From Yeosuana aromativorans (GTDB lineage: Bacteria > Bacteroidota > Bacteroidia > Flavobacteriales > Flavobacteriaceae), in NCBI RefSeq assembly GCF_014646655.1, contig NZ_BMNR01000006.1, forward strand, positions 199,419 to 223,418: a stretch of DNA of 24,000 nucleotides, in the 5' to 3' direction. Below, piece after piece: positions 9,454 to 17,954 of this stretch. The notes below the pieces were generated by a model, which did not search any database, was not told where the DNA came from, and saw only the letters and a list, made by a program, of their open reading frames with translations. Every line of letters starts with the position of its first letter. The stretch's first letter is position 1. A program made the position numbers and the translations under genes.

Positions 9454-11802
9454 ATGTTTAAAAGATTAGCTGTATTTGCAATTTACCTTGTTCCATTTTG
9501 TTTTTTTGCCCAAGATTTTTCAGCGTTATGGACTGGATATTTCTCATTCTATAATATCAAAGATGTTGTACAGGGTAATAATAAAATTTATGCTGCTGCA
9601 GAAAATGCTGTGTTTAGTTATGACACACAAACTAACGAAATAAAGGAAATTACTACTATCAACGGCTTGTCAGGCGAACAAATTTCGACTATTTATTACA
9701 GTGAAGCCTATCAATTGTTGATGATAGGTTATGAAAATGGGCTGATTGAAATAGCCTTTGATAATGGTGATAATGTACTTACGGTTGTTGATATTATTGA
9801 TAAGCAAACCATTCCTCCAACAAGTAAACGAATCAACCATTTTAATGCTTATGGGAACTTGGTTTATATTGCAACCAATTATGGAATATCTGTGTTTGAC
9901 TTAGATAGATTGGAATTCAAGGACACCTATTTTATAGGTGATTTGGGCATTCAGACTAAGGTTTTACAAACAACAATTTTTGGAGATTATATTTATGCTG
10001 CTTGTCAAGATGGTAATGGACTTAGAAAGGCACTTGTTTCTGATCCTAATTTAATTGATTACAAAAGTTGGCAAACGGTTACATCAGGTGATTTTGTGGC
10101 AGTTGAGACTGTTCAAGACCAACTGTATGTGGTTAGAACCAATAGAAGGCTATATCAAGTAACTAATGATGTTTTAACAGAAAAAATATTATATAACAAT
10201 CCTCCATTAGATGTTAAAGCTGTTGAAGCTAATTTGGTTGTCACAACAAAAAGCAATGTATTTGTGTATGATACTAATTTTAATGCCATATCTCAAGCAT
10301 CGGTAAGTACTGAATACCCAACAACCTATTCTGCAGCAACAATTGTTTCAGGTCAACTTTATATAGGCACAAAAGATTTCGGGGTTTTAAAAACAGCGTT
10401 AATCTCTCCTATTGCTTTTGAAGAAGTTCACCCTGAGGGGCCTTTACGTAACAAACCATTTTCAATTAAGGCTACATCCAGCAATTTGTGGGTAACATTT
10501 GGTGATTATAATTTGTTTTTTAACCCGTATCCACTGGATAGTTATGGCTTTAGTCATTTTCAAAATGATGAATGGATCAATATTCCATACAGTGAAGTTT
10601 TTAATGCTAAGTCTTTAAATGCTATTGCTGTAAACCCTGCCAATGATAGCCAAGTATTTATTAGTTCTTTTTTTAGTGGATTACTAGAAGTTAATGATGA
10701 TGTTCCAACTATTTTATATAATGAAACAAACAGCGGATTGGAGTCTTTAGTGATTCCTACAGATCCAAGTTATGTAGACGTAAGAGTTGGTCCTACTGCT
10801 TTTGATAGTAAAGGCTTTTTATGGTCGGTTTCCAGCCTAATAAACAGCCCGTTAAAATCATATAATCCCAGTAATAATCAATGGGTTTCATATAGTTTCA
10901 CAGATTTAATACCTAGTGATTTTGGTGGTAACCTTGGATTTGGAGATATTGTAATTGGAGCTGATAATACCAAATGGGTTGGCAGTTATAAATATGGACT
11001 CATTGGGTTTAATGAAAATGGAGGTAAACCATTATTGAAAAGTCTAAAAGATGAAAATCAAAACATGCCTAATCAATATGTAACCGCATTGGCAATGGAC
11101 AAGCGCAATCAATTATGGATAGGAACTCTAAGTGGTCTGAGGGTTTTATACAACACCTCTGGGTTTTTTACGGATGATAATGTGCAAGCAGATGACATTG
11201 TTATCCTTGAAGATGGTATTCCAAAAGAATTATTGTTTGAACAATTTATTTCTGATATAGAAGTTGATGGATCCAATAATAAATGGGTGGGAACCATTGG
11301 CTCTGGTATATTTTATTTGTCCTATGATGGCCAAAAAACCATTTACCATTTTACTAGGGACAATTCTCCGTTACCTTCAAATAACATAAACGATATCTCC
11401 ATTGATGATACAACTGGTGAGGTGTACATAGCAACCGATAATGGTTTGGTATCTTTCCATTCAGGCGGATCTAGCCCACAGGACAATTTACAAAACGCTT
11501 ATGCCTACCCCAATCCGGTGCGGCCAAATTTCAATATCGTTGATGAAAAGGTAAAAATCAAGGACATCTCAGAAAACGTCAATATTAAAATAACCGATAT
11601 TGAAGGCAATTTAGTGGCCGAGGCACAATCAAGAACCAACTTGCGCTACAATGGTTACAACCTTGAAATTGATGGTGGCACAGCCTATTGGAACGGTAAA
11701 AACCTCGCCAATAATGTAGTCGCTTCAGGTGTTTATTTGGTCATGTTGTCCGATTTGGACACCTTTGAAACACGGGTATTGAAATTAATGATAATTAGAT
11801 AA
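9454..11802 (+). CDS. Double beta-propeller protein with a T9SS C-terminal domain; PorZ-like (782 aa)
   Basis: Signal peptide, then repeated two-component-regulator-propeller-type blades (e.g. IYAAAENAVFSYD, LWIGTLSGLRVLY, VYIATDNGLVSF). The C-terminus YPNPVRP...GVYLVML...LKLMIIR is a T9SS type-A-like sorting domain. The size and architecture match PorZ. Confidence 0.55.
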   Translation: MFKRLAVFAIYLVPFCFFAQDFSALWTGYFSFYNIKDVVQGNNKIYAAAENAVFSYDTQTNEIKEITTINGLSGEQISTIYYSEAYQLLMIGYENGLIEIAFDNGDNVLTVVDIIDKQTIPPTSKRINHFNAYGNLVYIATNYGISVFDLDRLEFKDTYFIGDLGIQTKVLQTTIFGDYIYAACQDGNGLRKALVSDPNLIDYKSWQTVTSGDFVAVETVQDQLYVVRTNRRLYQVTNDVLTEKILYNNPPLDVKAVEANLVVTTKSNVFVYDTNFNAISQASVSTEYPTTYSAATIVSGQLYIGTKDFGVLKTALISPIAFEEVHPEGPLRNKPFSIKATSSNLWVTFGDYNLFFNPYPLDSYGFSHFQNDEWINIPYSEVFNAKSLNAIAVNPANDSQVFISSFFSGLLEVNDDVPTILYNETNSGLESLVIPTDPSYVDVRVGPTAFDSKGFLWSVSSLINSPLKSYNPSNNQWVSYSFTDLIPSDFGGNLGFGDIVIGADNTKWVGSYKYGLIGFNENGGKPLLKSLKDENQNMPNQYVTALAMDKRNQLWIGTLSGLRVLYNTSGFFTDDNVQADDIVILEDGIPKELLFEQFISDIEVDGSNNKWVGTIGSGIFYLSYDGQKTIYHFTRDNSPLPSNNINDISIDDTTGEVYIATDNGLVSFHSGGSSPQDNLQNAYAYPNPVRPNFNIVDEKVKIKDISENVNIKITDIEGNLVAEAQSRTNLRYNGYNLEIDGGTAYWNGKNLANNVVASGVYLVMLSDLDTFETRVLKLMIIR

Positions 11803-12521
11803 TGGTCATTACCACACAGGCCATTGTGCTTTCAAAATTGCGCTATCGTGACAACGACCTCATTGTAACATGTTATACCCAACAACATGGCGTATTGAGT
11901 TTTTTGCTAAGAGGTGTTTTAAAAAGTAAAAAAGGACTTACCAAAACGGCTTACTTTCAGTTATTGTCACAATTGCAATTGGTTATTGTGTATAATCCAA
12001 ACCGCTCGTTGCATACCGTAAAAGAAGCCAAACCGCAACATGTTTACAACAGTTTGCATACCCATATTTTAAAAAGTTCAATTGTGATGTTTTTGGCCGA
12101 AGTACTTTCAAATACCTTAAAGGAAGAAGAACAAAACCAAACGCTGTACAGTTACCTAGAAACCACTTTGCTTTGGCTGGACGCTCATCAAGAATGCTCA
12201 AATTTTCATTTGTTGTTTTTGCTGAAACTAACAAAATATCTAGGGTTTTATCCAGAGAGCACACCTATACAGCATACCTTTTTTAATTTGCAGGACGGCA
12301 CATTTGAGGCATCACAAAACAGTAAATACACCATTTCTGGTGATGAACTCAACATACTAAAACAATTGTTGAATACAACTTTTGAAGACCTGTATCAAGT
12401 AAAACTAACATCCAAACAGCGGCAATCGTTTTTAAACATTATGCTACAGTATTATGAACTGCATTTGGGTACCTTTAAAAAACCAAAGTCCCTACAGGTA
12501 CTCAATGAAGTTTTCAACTAA
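11802..12521 (+). CDS. recO: DNA repair protein RecO (239 aa)
   Basis: The N-terminal OB-fold pattern MVITTQAIVLSKLRYRDNDLIVTCYTQQHGVLSFLLRG is typical of RecO. The start overlaps the upstream stop (TAATG). Confidence 0.85.
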   Translation: MVITTQAIVLSKLRYRDNDLIVTCYTQQHGVLSFLLRGVLKSKKGLTKTAYFQLLSQLQLVIVYNPNRSLHTVKEAKPQHVYNSLHTHILKSSIVMFLAEVLSNTLKEEEQNQTLYSYLETTLLWLDAHQECSNFHLLFLLKLTKYLGFYPESTPIQHTFFNLQDGTFEASQNSKYTISGDELNILKQLLNTTFEDLYQVKLTSKQRQSFLNIMLQYYELHLGTFKKPKSLQVLNEVFN

Positions 12522-12534
12522 AACTTAACCCAAG

Positions 12535-14460
12535 CTATTTTAAAATGCCTTTTTTGGTAATTGATGAACCGTTTGAAAGCTTGACTTTGGCAATAAATAC
12601 GGCGTTTTTCAACTTAGGTAGATTATAGGTTTCCTCATTATGGCTGCCGCTTAATGCATATAATTGTCTGCCCAATAAATCAAATATAGAAACCGTTTTG
12701 ATGGTCAAATTGCTGGACGCTTTAAAGCGCACCTGAGAATCACCAATCTGTGAAATTTTTAAAGCGCTGTCATCCAAATTAAAATCATCGGTTGCTAAAG
12801 CCTTGTTGCTAAACACAATTTCAAAACGCTTGTTAAATTCACCAACCTCTGAGGTAAATGTATAATCACAGCTTGTTAAATCATGTAAGGTATTGGTAAG
12901 GTTGTCTTTTAAATAAATAGGGTTGTTTGTTAAAAAACCACCTTCTTTTTTGGCAACGGACAAGGTGTAAAGTGTGGGCACATCAATACTGGTTTTAAAG
13001 CCAAGGTTAATAACCTCGTCTGTATTGATACTGCTGGCCGCTTTGCCTTGAATGGCAAATTTTTTGTTGGAGTCTTCAATGGTTGTATATAAAATAGCTG
13101 AAGTTCCAGCCGATACATTTTTTGGCGCATCATAATACATACCATCATCCATGTTAGTTGCATTATTTAGGTATGCGATACATGTTTGATTAAACACGCC
13201 ATTATCGGAGATTAAATTAACCCATAATTTATTGGCTGAACTAGTGCCTTTTGTATTTGAACTTTTAAAGAACTGGCTATTATCGGTTGCACCTTTTACA
13301 CGCATAGAATTATTAAAAACAACATCAGAGGTCCAGATATCACCTCCAATATTAGTTCCTCCAGAATTAGACATAGCCACAAAAAAGGCTTGACCAGAAG
13401 GGATATATCTATTAGGAGTGAGGCCATCACCACCAGCGATTTCACTAGCACCATTGATAACAGCATAATCACCATCTGAAAAGTTATAGGCTTGATTTCC
13501 GTTCGCCGTACTTGAAGGCGCAGTGTTTTGTGACCAAAAGAAGATAGCTCCAGTTGAAGATTTTGTGCTCACAACATTTTGATCCACTTCTGTATTTGCC
13601 GCCAAAAATGAATTAGCACTAATGGCTGATGGGTAAGGATTACCGATTAAATTCCAATTAATATCATTGAGCTCAGAATCATTTCTGTAAATGGTCACAG
13701 TAATTATACCATTGTTAAAAGGGCCTTGAAAGTCATAGTCATATCCTACGCCAGGAAAAATAAATACGTTAGGGTCATGAGTAGCTGCATACCCAACACC
13801 AGGCTCCATTGTTGTTGTACCATCTACCCATTGCCAGTCATCACCATTATCATCAATATCATCTTGTCCAGCAACTGGAGTGTTATCATTATTACTTTCG
13901 GCAGTAGCGTCTAAAAAGTTTTGGGCATTAAACAGATAACGCCTGCTTACTTCTGATTCAAATAAACCATTTCCAATGGTTTCGCCAGAAACAGGTGAAC
14001 TCCAATACGTATATTCATACCATGCACCTAAAGGAGCAGTAGTTTTTATAACCCTTATTATGCCGTTATCTGTTACGGTTGCTACATCATTAATTTGTAC
14101 CACAGCCCCATAAGGTTGTACAAAAAATGTACTGCCGGCATCCACTGTAATATCGTTTTGTACTTCAACATAAGTATTGTTTTTTACATCCAAAGTGGCA
14201 TTATTGGTAACGGTTAAACTACAAGCACCAAAACTTGTTTGGAAACCGCCCACGCTTGTGTCGTAATCACCATTAATAATTACGCTAATGGTGTTTCCAA
14301 TGGTTGGTACTGTATTTTGGGCTATTCCACCAGTCCAGTTCCAGTTTGTGCCATCCCAAGTGGCTGTTTCTATTCCACATTGCCCAAACCCAAAATTTGC
14401 AGCACAAAAAAGTGTGACAACAACAGAGAGCGATTTTATAAGCGTAATTTTTTTAGTCAT
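12535..14460 (-). CDS. Secreted protein of unknown function with a T9SS C-terminal sorting domain (641 aa)
   Basis: Signal peptide (MTKKITLIKSLSVVVTLFCAANFGFGQ), Asn/Thr/Gly-rich beta-rich body, and C-terminal ...IKTVSIFDLLGRQLYAL...AVFIAKVKLSNGSSITKKGILK resembling a Por secretion tail. Confidence 0.7.
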   Translation of the reverse strand: MTKKITLIKSLSVVVTLFCAANFGFGQCGIETATWDGTNWNWTGGIAQNTVPTIGNTISVIINGDYDTSVGGFQTSFGACSLTVTNNATLDVKNNTYVEVQNDITVDAGSTFFVQPYGAVVQINDVATVTDNGIIRVIKTTAPLGAWYEYTYWSSPVSGETIGNGLFESEVSRRYLFNAQNFLDATAESNNDNTPVAGQDDIDDNGDDWQWVDGTTTMEPGVGYAATHDPNVFIFPGVGYDYDFQGPFNNGIITVTIYRNDSELNDINWNLIGNPYPSAISANSFLAANTEVDQNVVSTKSSTGAIFFWSQNTAPSSTANGNQAYNFSDGDYAVINGASEIAGGDGLTPNRYIPSGQAFFVAMSNSGGTNIGGDIWTSDVVFNNSMRVKGATDNSQFFKSSNTKGTSSANKLWVNLISDNGVFNQTCIAYLNNATNMDDGMYYDAPKNVSAGTSAILYTTIEDSNKKFAIQGKAASSINTDEVINLGFKTSIDVPTLYTLSVAKKEGGFLTNNPIYLKDNLTNTLHDLTSCDYTFTSEVGEFNKRFEIVFSNKALATDDFNLDDSALKISQIGDSQVRFKASSNLTIKTVSIFDLLGRQLYALSGSHNEETYNLPKLKNAVFIAKVKLSNGSSITKKGILK

Positions 14461-14539
14461 AATCCTTATTTTTTTAATGAGAGGCGTTTAACAATTGTAT
14501 TTGTTTTAATGGCTTGTGTGCTTTTAGTACATTTATGGC

Positions 14540-15013
14540 ATGCAAACCAAAAAAACATATACACTACAGGAAGCCACCAAAAAACTGGAGCATTATTGCG
14601 CGTACCAAGAACGCTGCCATAAAGAAGTTGTGCAGAAACTTACCAATATGCACATGATACCCGAAGCTATCGATGTGATTGTGGTACATTTGATACAGCT
14701 TAACTTTCTTAATGAAGAACGTTTTGCCAAAACATTTGTAAGCGGTAAGTTTAAAATCAAGAATTGGGGTAAACGCCGTTTAGCTTTTGAACTGAAGCAA
14801 AAAGACATAAGCAAAGTTAATATAAATCAGGCACTTACAGAAATATCAGACGAGGAGTATATCGGGGTTTTCAATGATTTAGCCGAAAAAAAAGCCCATT
14901 CCATCAAAGAAAACAACCTTCTTAAGAAGAAAAAAAAGTTTGTTGATTATTTTTTATATCGTGGCTGGGAATCGCATTTGGTGTATGACAAAGCCAATGA
15001 ATTGATTAAATAA
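14540..15013 (+). CDS. recX: Regulatory protein RecX (157 aa)
   Basis: The pattern LEHYCAYQERCHKEV..KL followed by helical repeats (NEERFAKTFV..K...W.KRR...EL..K.I) is typical of Bacteroidetes RecX. Confidence 0.8.
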   Translation: MQTKKTYTLQEATKKLEHYCAYQERCHKEVVQKLTNMHMIPEAIDVIVVHLIQLNFLNEERFAKTFVSGKFKIKNWGKRRLAFELKQKDISKVNINQALTEISDEEYIGVFNDLAEKKAHSIKENNLLKKKKKFVDYFLYRGWESHLVYDKANELIK

Positions 15014-15020
15014 CTGTTAG

Positions 15021-15205
15021 TTCGAGTGAAATTCTTGAAAAGAATTTTGTATCGAGAACAGATTGAAATGGAGTAACTTCTCGATATAAATTTGCTCGTC
15101 ATTACGAGGAATGAGGCACGAATGACAAAGTAATCTCTTTATTAGCAGTTCCAGATATTCAATACTTAGCAACTAAGAGATTGCTTCACTACGTTCGCAA
15201 TGACG
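15021..15205. repeat. Composite intergenic palindromic (REP/MITE-like) element between convergent recX and an outer-membrane barrel gene
   Basis: Three structures. (1) 15029..15036 aaattctt pairs with 15040..15047 aagaattt. (2) 15051..15058 atcgagaa pairs with 15078..15085 ttctcgat. (3) A large imperfect inverted repeat, 15097..15137 (cgtcattacgagg...aagtaatctc) versus 15177..15205 (gagattgctt...cgcaatgacg), flanks a 39-nt spacer. Confidence 0.7.
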
Positions 15206-15209
15206 TTTA

Positions 15210-15701
15210 TTACAAATTAAAACACGTACCAACGTTTACGGTAAACTGATTGTGCAGTTTTTCAGCAGGGGTTAAAACATCGGTATTGTACTTAGCTATA
15301 GGGATATTGAGTTCTGTATAAATTCCAAAACCATCAGTAAAAAAATAACGCGCTCCCAAATGACCGCCAAAGTTTTTAAGGCTGATGCTTAAACCGGGAT
15401 AGATATCAAAATGATCATCAATATTAATCACATTTCCTAAGTTGGCATTGAAGCGTCCTTTAATATCAATACGGTCACCAAAACTGGCATTTAGAGCATC
15501 GTCAACACCAATGGCGTACGAAGACGAAATGCCAATGGATATGTTTTCGCCAAGGCCAAAATCATAGCTTACATTGATACCGTTGGCATTGTTTTGTATA
15601 TTGGCACCTATTTGAAATTTGTTGTCATTTCTCCCTTGAAACACTTGGGCATTTGCAGATAAGACACTCAGCAATACGATTGCTAAAAATAATTTTTTCA
15701 T
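15210..15701 (-). CDS. Small outer-membrane beta-barrel protein (~163 aa)
   Basis: Signal peptide MKKLFLAIVLLSVLSANAQ from ATG 15701, alternating Gly/aromatic strands, C-terminal ...VGTCFNL. The upstream ATG at 15737 is less likely. Confidence 0.6.
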   Translation of the reverse strand: MKKLFLAIVLLSVLSANAQVFQGRNDNKFQIGANIQNNANGINVSYDFGLGENISIGISSSYAIGVDDALNASFGDRIDIKGRFNANLGNVINIDDHFDIYPGLSISLKNFGGHLGARYFFTDGFGIYTELNIPIAKYNTDVLTPAEKLHNQFTVNVGTCFNL

Positions 15702-15745
15702 GATTTGGGATGTATATGGTAATTTATTAAATAGCATATTTTTAT

Positions 15746-16621
15746 TTAATTTTTTAGTGCTTGCTGTAGCTTTTTTGCCCTAACAATGGCCTGTTCATTT
15801 TTCCAGTCAATCCATTTTTGTCCTTGTATACGTCGCATGGCATTGTCATAATACCGCATAATCAGCAAGTTATAAACCGCTTTGCTAAAGTTTTTTGGGT
15901 TTCTGGCTATCGCCCGCAAACTCATGGAAAACCCAGGAGTAATGTAGCGCATATAATGCCAATAACCTTCAGGCATGTATAAAACCTCACCATGATTCAG
16001 TTCCGTTTTATAACCTTTGGCTTTTTTAAGCAAAGGCCATTTTTCAAAATCTGGATTGGCAAAATCAATGTCCTCACGTGTTATCAAGGAGTGCGGCACT
16101 TTGTACAGGTAGTCATTCTGTTGTTGGTCAAACAAAATAATCTGTTTGGTGCCTTCAAAATGAAAATGAAAAATATTGGCCAAATCAATATCATAGTGCA
16201 TAAAGGTGTACGAATCCCGTCCACCAAAAAACAACATGGGAAGATCCTTCATCAGGCGCAACCCAAAATCAGGAAACGTAAAATCATCTTGCAACTGGGG
16301 AACTTCCTTTAAAATATTCCATAAAAAAATACGGTATCTGGTAGGCTCCTTTTTCAGCAGATCAATGTAATCGGCCATCTTCATTTTAAAATGAGGCTCA
16401 TTAAAGCCATCCTTATAATCAACAGGCCTATCATCATATAATGGAACGGTGACATCTCCTGCAACCGCCTTCATGTAATCTAAATTCCATTTGCTGTATG
16501 CGGGCCAATGGGTAATGCACTGCTCAATAACCACCGGTTTCTGTGGCTTAAAATACTGATTGATAAAGTCGGGCTTAGTTATCGTTTTAACACGAGGGAT
16601 GTCTTGTAGGTTCAATGCCAT
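15746..16621 (-). CDS. JmjC / cupin-8 domain protein, putative Fe(II)/2-oxoglutarate oxygenase (291 aa)
   Basis: FMH142YD144IDLANIFHFHFEGTKQIILF (HxD, then G.K) and GEVLYMPEGYWH222YMRY match the JmjC facial triad and surrounding strands. Confidence 0.75.
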   Translation of the reverse strand: MALNLQDIPRVKTITKPDFINQYFKPQKPVVIEQCITHWPAYSKWNLDYMKAVAGDVTVPLYDDRPVDYKDGFNEPHFKMKMADYIDLLKKEPTRYRIFLWNILKEVPQLQDDFTFPDFGLRLMKDLPMLFFGGRDSYTFMHYDIDLANIFHFHFEGTKQIILFDQQQNDYLYKVPHSLITREDIDFANPDFEKWPLLKKAKGYKTELNHGEVLYMPEGYWHYMRYITPGFSMSLRAIARNPKNFSKAVYNLLIMRYYDNAMRRIQGQKWIDWKNEQAIVRAKKLQQALKN

Positions 16622-16640
16622 CAGCTAAAGTTTGTACTAT

Positions 16641-16648
16641 CAAAGTTA
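16641..16648 (-). promoter_or_regulatory. Candidate -7 promoter box (TAACTTTG) for the cupin gene
   Basis: The minus strand reads TAACTTTG, 19 nt upstream of ATG 16621. Motif match only. Confidence 0.4.
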
Positions 16649-16680
16649 ACAAAACGTTACCAAATTTGAAATAGTATGTG

Positions 16681-16795
16681 GGCGTTTCCTGTTCCTGAAA
16701 CAAGTTCAGGATACAGGTCGCGCTATACGCTATATCTTTTGTGTTAGTTTACATAAAACTAACACAAAAGCATGCCGCTGCTATCGCTAACGCAA
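16681..16795. repeat. Intergenic hairpin/repeat module downstream of bioB
   Basis: 16688..16717 cctgttcctgaa-acaag-ttcaggatacagg forms an imperfect hairpin. 16736..16750 cttttgtgttagttt pairs perfectly (15 bp) with 16756..16770 aaactaacacaaaag around loop acata. The flanks gcgctatacgctatat and gccgctgctatcgctaacgc resemble Bacteroidetes intergenic repeats. Confidence 0.7.
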
Positions 16796-16809
16796 AGCAA
16801 CAATAAAAA

Positions 16810-17904
16810 TTACTTGACAGCCTTAGCCTTTAGTTTGGCAGCTTCGTTACGTTCTATTTTATGATCAGGGCGCGTCCATTTTGGATTTTCGCCCAAAGGT
16901 TGGTATTGTGATTCTGAAGCCTCTACCGTTTGTGGCTGAACCTTTTTTGCAAAGGGCTTTTGTGGTGTTAAACCCAGTTCCTCAAACATCTTCATATCTT
17001 CATTCACATCAGGATTTGGAGTGGTCAACAATTTATCACCCGCAAAAATGGAATTAGCGCCTGCAAAGAAACACATGGCTTGCCCTTCTCGGGTCATTTG
17101 TGTGCGTCCTGCGCTTAATCTAACTTGGGTTTCTGGCATAACAATACGCGTGGTGGCTACCATACGTATCATCTCCCAGATAGAAACGGGCTCTTCATTT
17201 TCTAGAGGTGTTCCCTCAACAGCAACCAAGGCATTAATGGGCACCGATTCTGGCTGTGGGTTCAATGTTGACAAAGACACCAGCATACCAGCTCTGTCTT
17301 CTACTTTTTCACCCATGCCAATAATACCACCGCTACAAACCGTAACATTGGTTTTTCTAACGTTATCAATAGTTTGTAAACGGTCTTCAAACCCACGGGT
17401 TGAAATCACTTGTTTATAATATTCTTCTGAAGAATCTAAATTATGATTATAGGCATAAAGGCCGGCTTCTGCCAAACGCTTTGCTTGGTTTTCGGTGATC
17501 ATGCCCAAGGTACAGCACACTTCCATGTCCAGTTTGTTAATGGTACGCACCATCTCCAATACTTGGTCAAACTCTTCACCATCCTTTACATTACGCCAGG
17601 CGGCACCCATGCACACACGCGAACTCCCGTTTGATTTGGCACGTAAGGCTTGTGCCTTAACTTGCTGGACACTCATTAAATCATTGCCTTCAACACCCGT
17701 ATTATAACGGGCTGCTTGCGGACAATAACCACAATCTTCTGAACAGCCCCCCGTTTTAATGGACACCAAAGTACTTACCTGTACGGTGTTTGGGTCATGG
17801 TGTAACCGATGAACGGTTGCTGCCTCATATAGCAGTTCCATTAAAGGTTTGTTATATATGTCTAAAATCTCTTCTTTAGTCCAATTGTGTCTTGTCGTGC
17901 TCAT
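16810..17904 (-). CDS. bioB: Biotin synthase BioB (radical SAM, 364 aa)
   Basis: CSEDCGYCPQ radical-SAM CxxxCxxC motif, auxiliary-cluster Cys residues (EVCCTLG, TVCSGGIIGMGE) and the YNHNLD motif. Confidence 0.95.
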   Translation of the reverse strand: MSTTRHNWTKEEILDIYNKPLMELLYEAATVHRLHHDPNTVQVSTLVSIKTGGCSEDCGYCPQAARYNTGVEGNDLMSVQQVKAQALRAKSNGSSRVCMGAAWRNVKDGEEFDQVLEMVRTINKLDMEVCCTLGMITENQAKRLAEAGLYAYNHNLDSSEEYYKQVISTRGFEDRLQTIDNVRKTNVTVCSGGIIGMGEKVEDRAGMLVSLSTLNPQPESVPINALVAVEGTPLENEEPVSIWEMIRMVATTRIVMPETQVRLSAGRTQMTREGQAMCFFAGANSIFAGDKLLTTPNPDVNEDMKMFEELGLTPQKPFAKKVQPQTVEASESQYQPLGENPKWTRPDHKIERNEAAKLKAKAVK

Positions 17905-17926
17905 ATATCAAATCGATTTTCTAGGT

Positions 17927-17934
17927 CAAAAATA
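17927..17934 (-). promoter_or_regulatory. Candidate internal promoter -7 box (TATTTTTG) ahead of bioB
   Basis: The minus strand reads ATAGTATTTTTG (17938..17927) in the 50-nt KAS-bioB gap. The identical 12-mer occurs upstream of bioF. Confidence 0.4.
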
Positions 17935-17954
17935 CTATTAAATAGCTAATAATT

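Noticed and set aside
14239-14622. 127-aa and 67-aa plus-strand ORFs spanning the T9SS-cargo 5' end, the divergent gap and the recX start
   Set aside because: They overlap two well-supported genes and a promoter region, and the translation is Cys/Pro-rich with no motif.
16810-16947. ~45-aa Lys/Gln-rich C-terminal tail on BioB beyond the E. coli-length core
   Set aside because: It is probably a lineage-typical disordered extension with no motif. It cannot be judged unusual without alignments.
17021-17707. Three plus-strand ORFs (132, 63, 70 aa) inside bioB
   Set aside because: They are antisense to bioB, whose radical-SAM motifs are unambiguous. This is an artefact of the slightly higher GC here.
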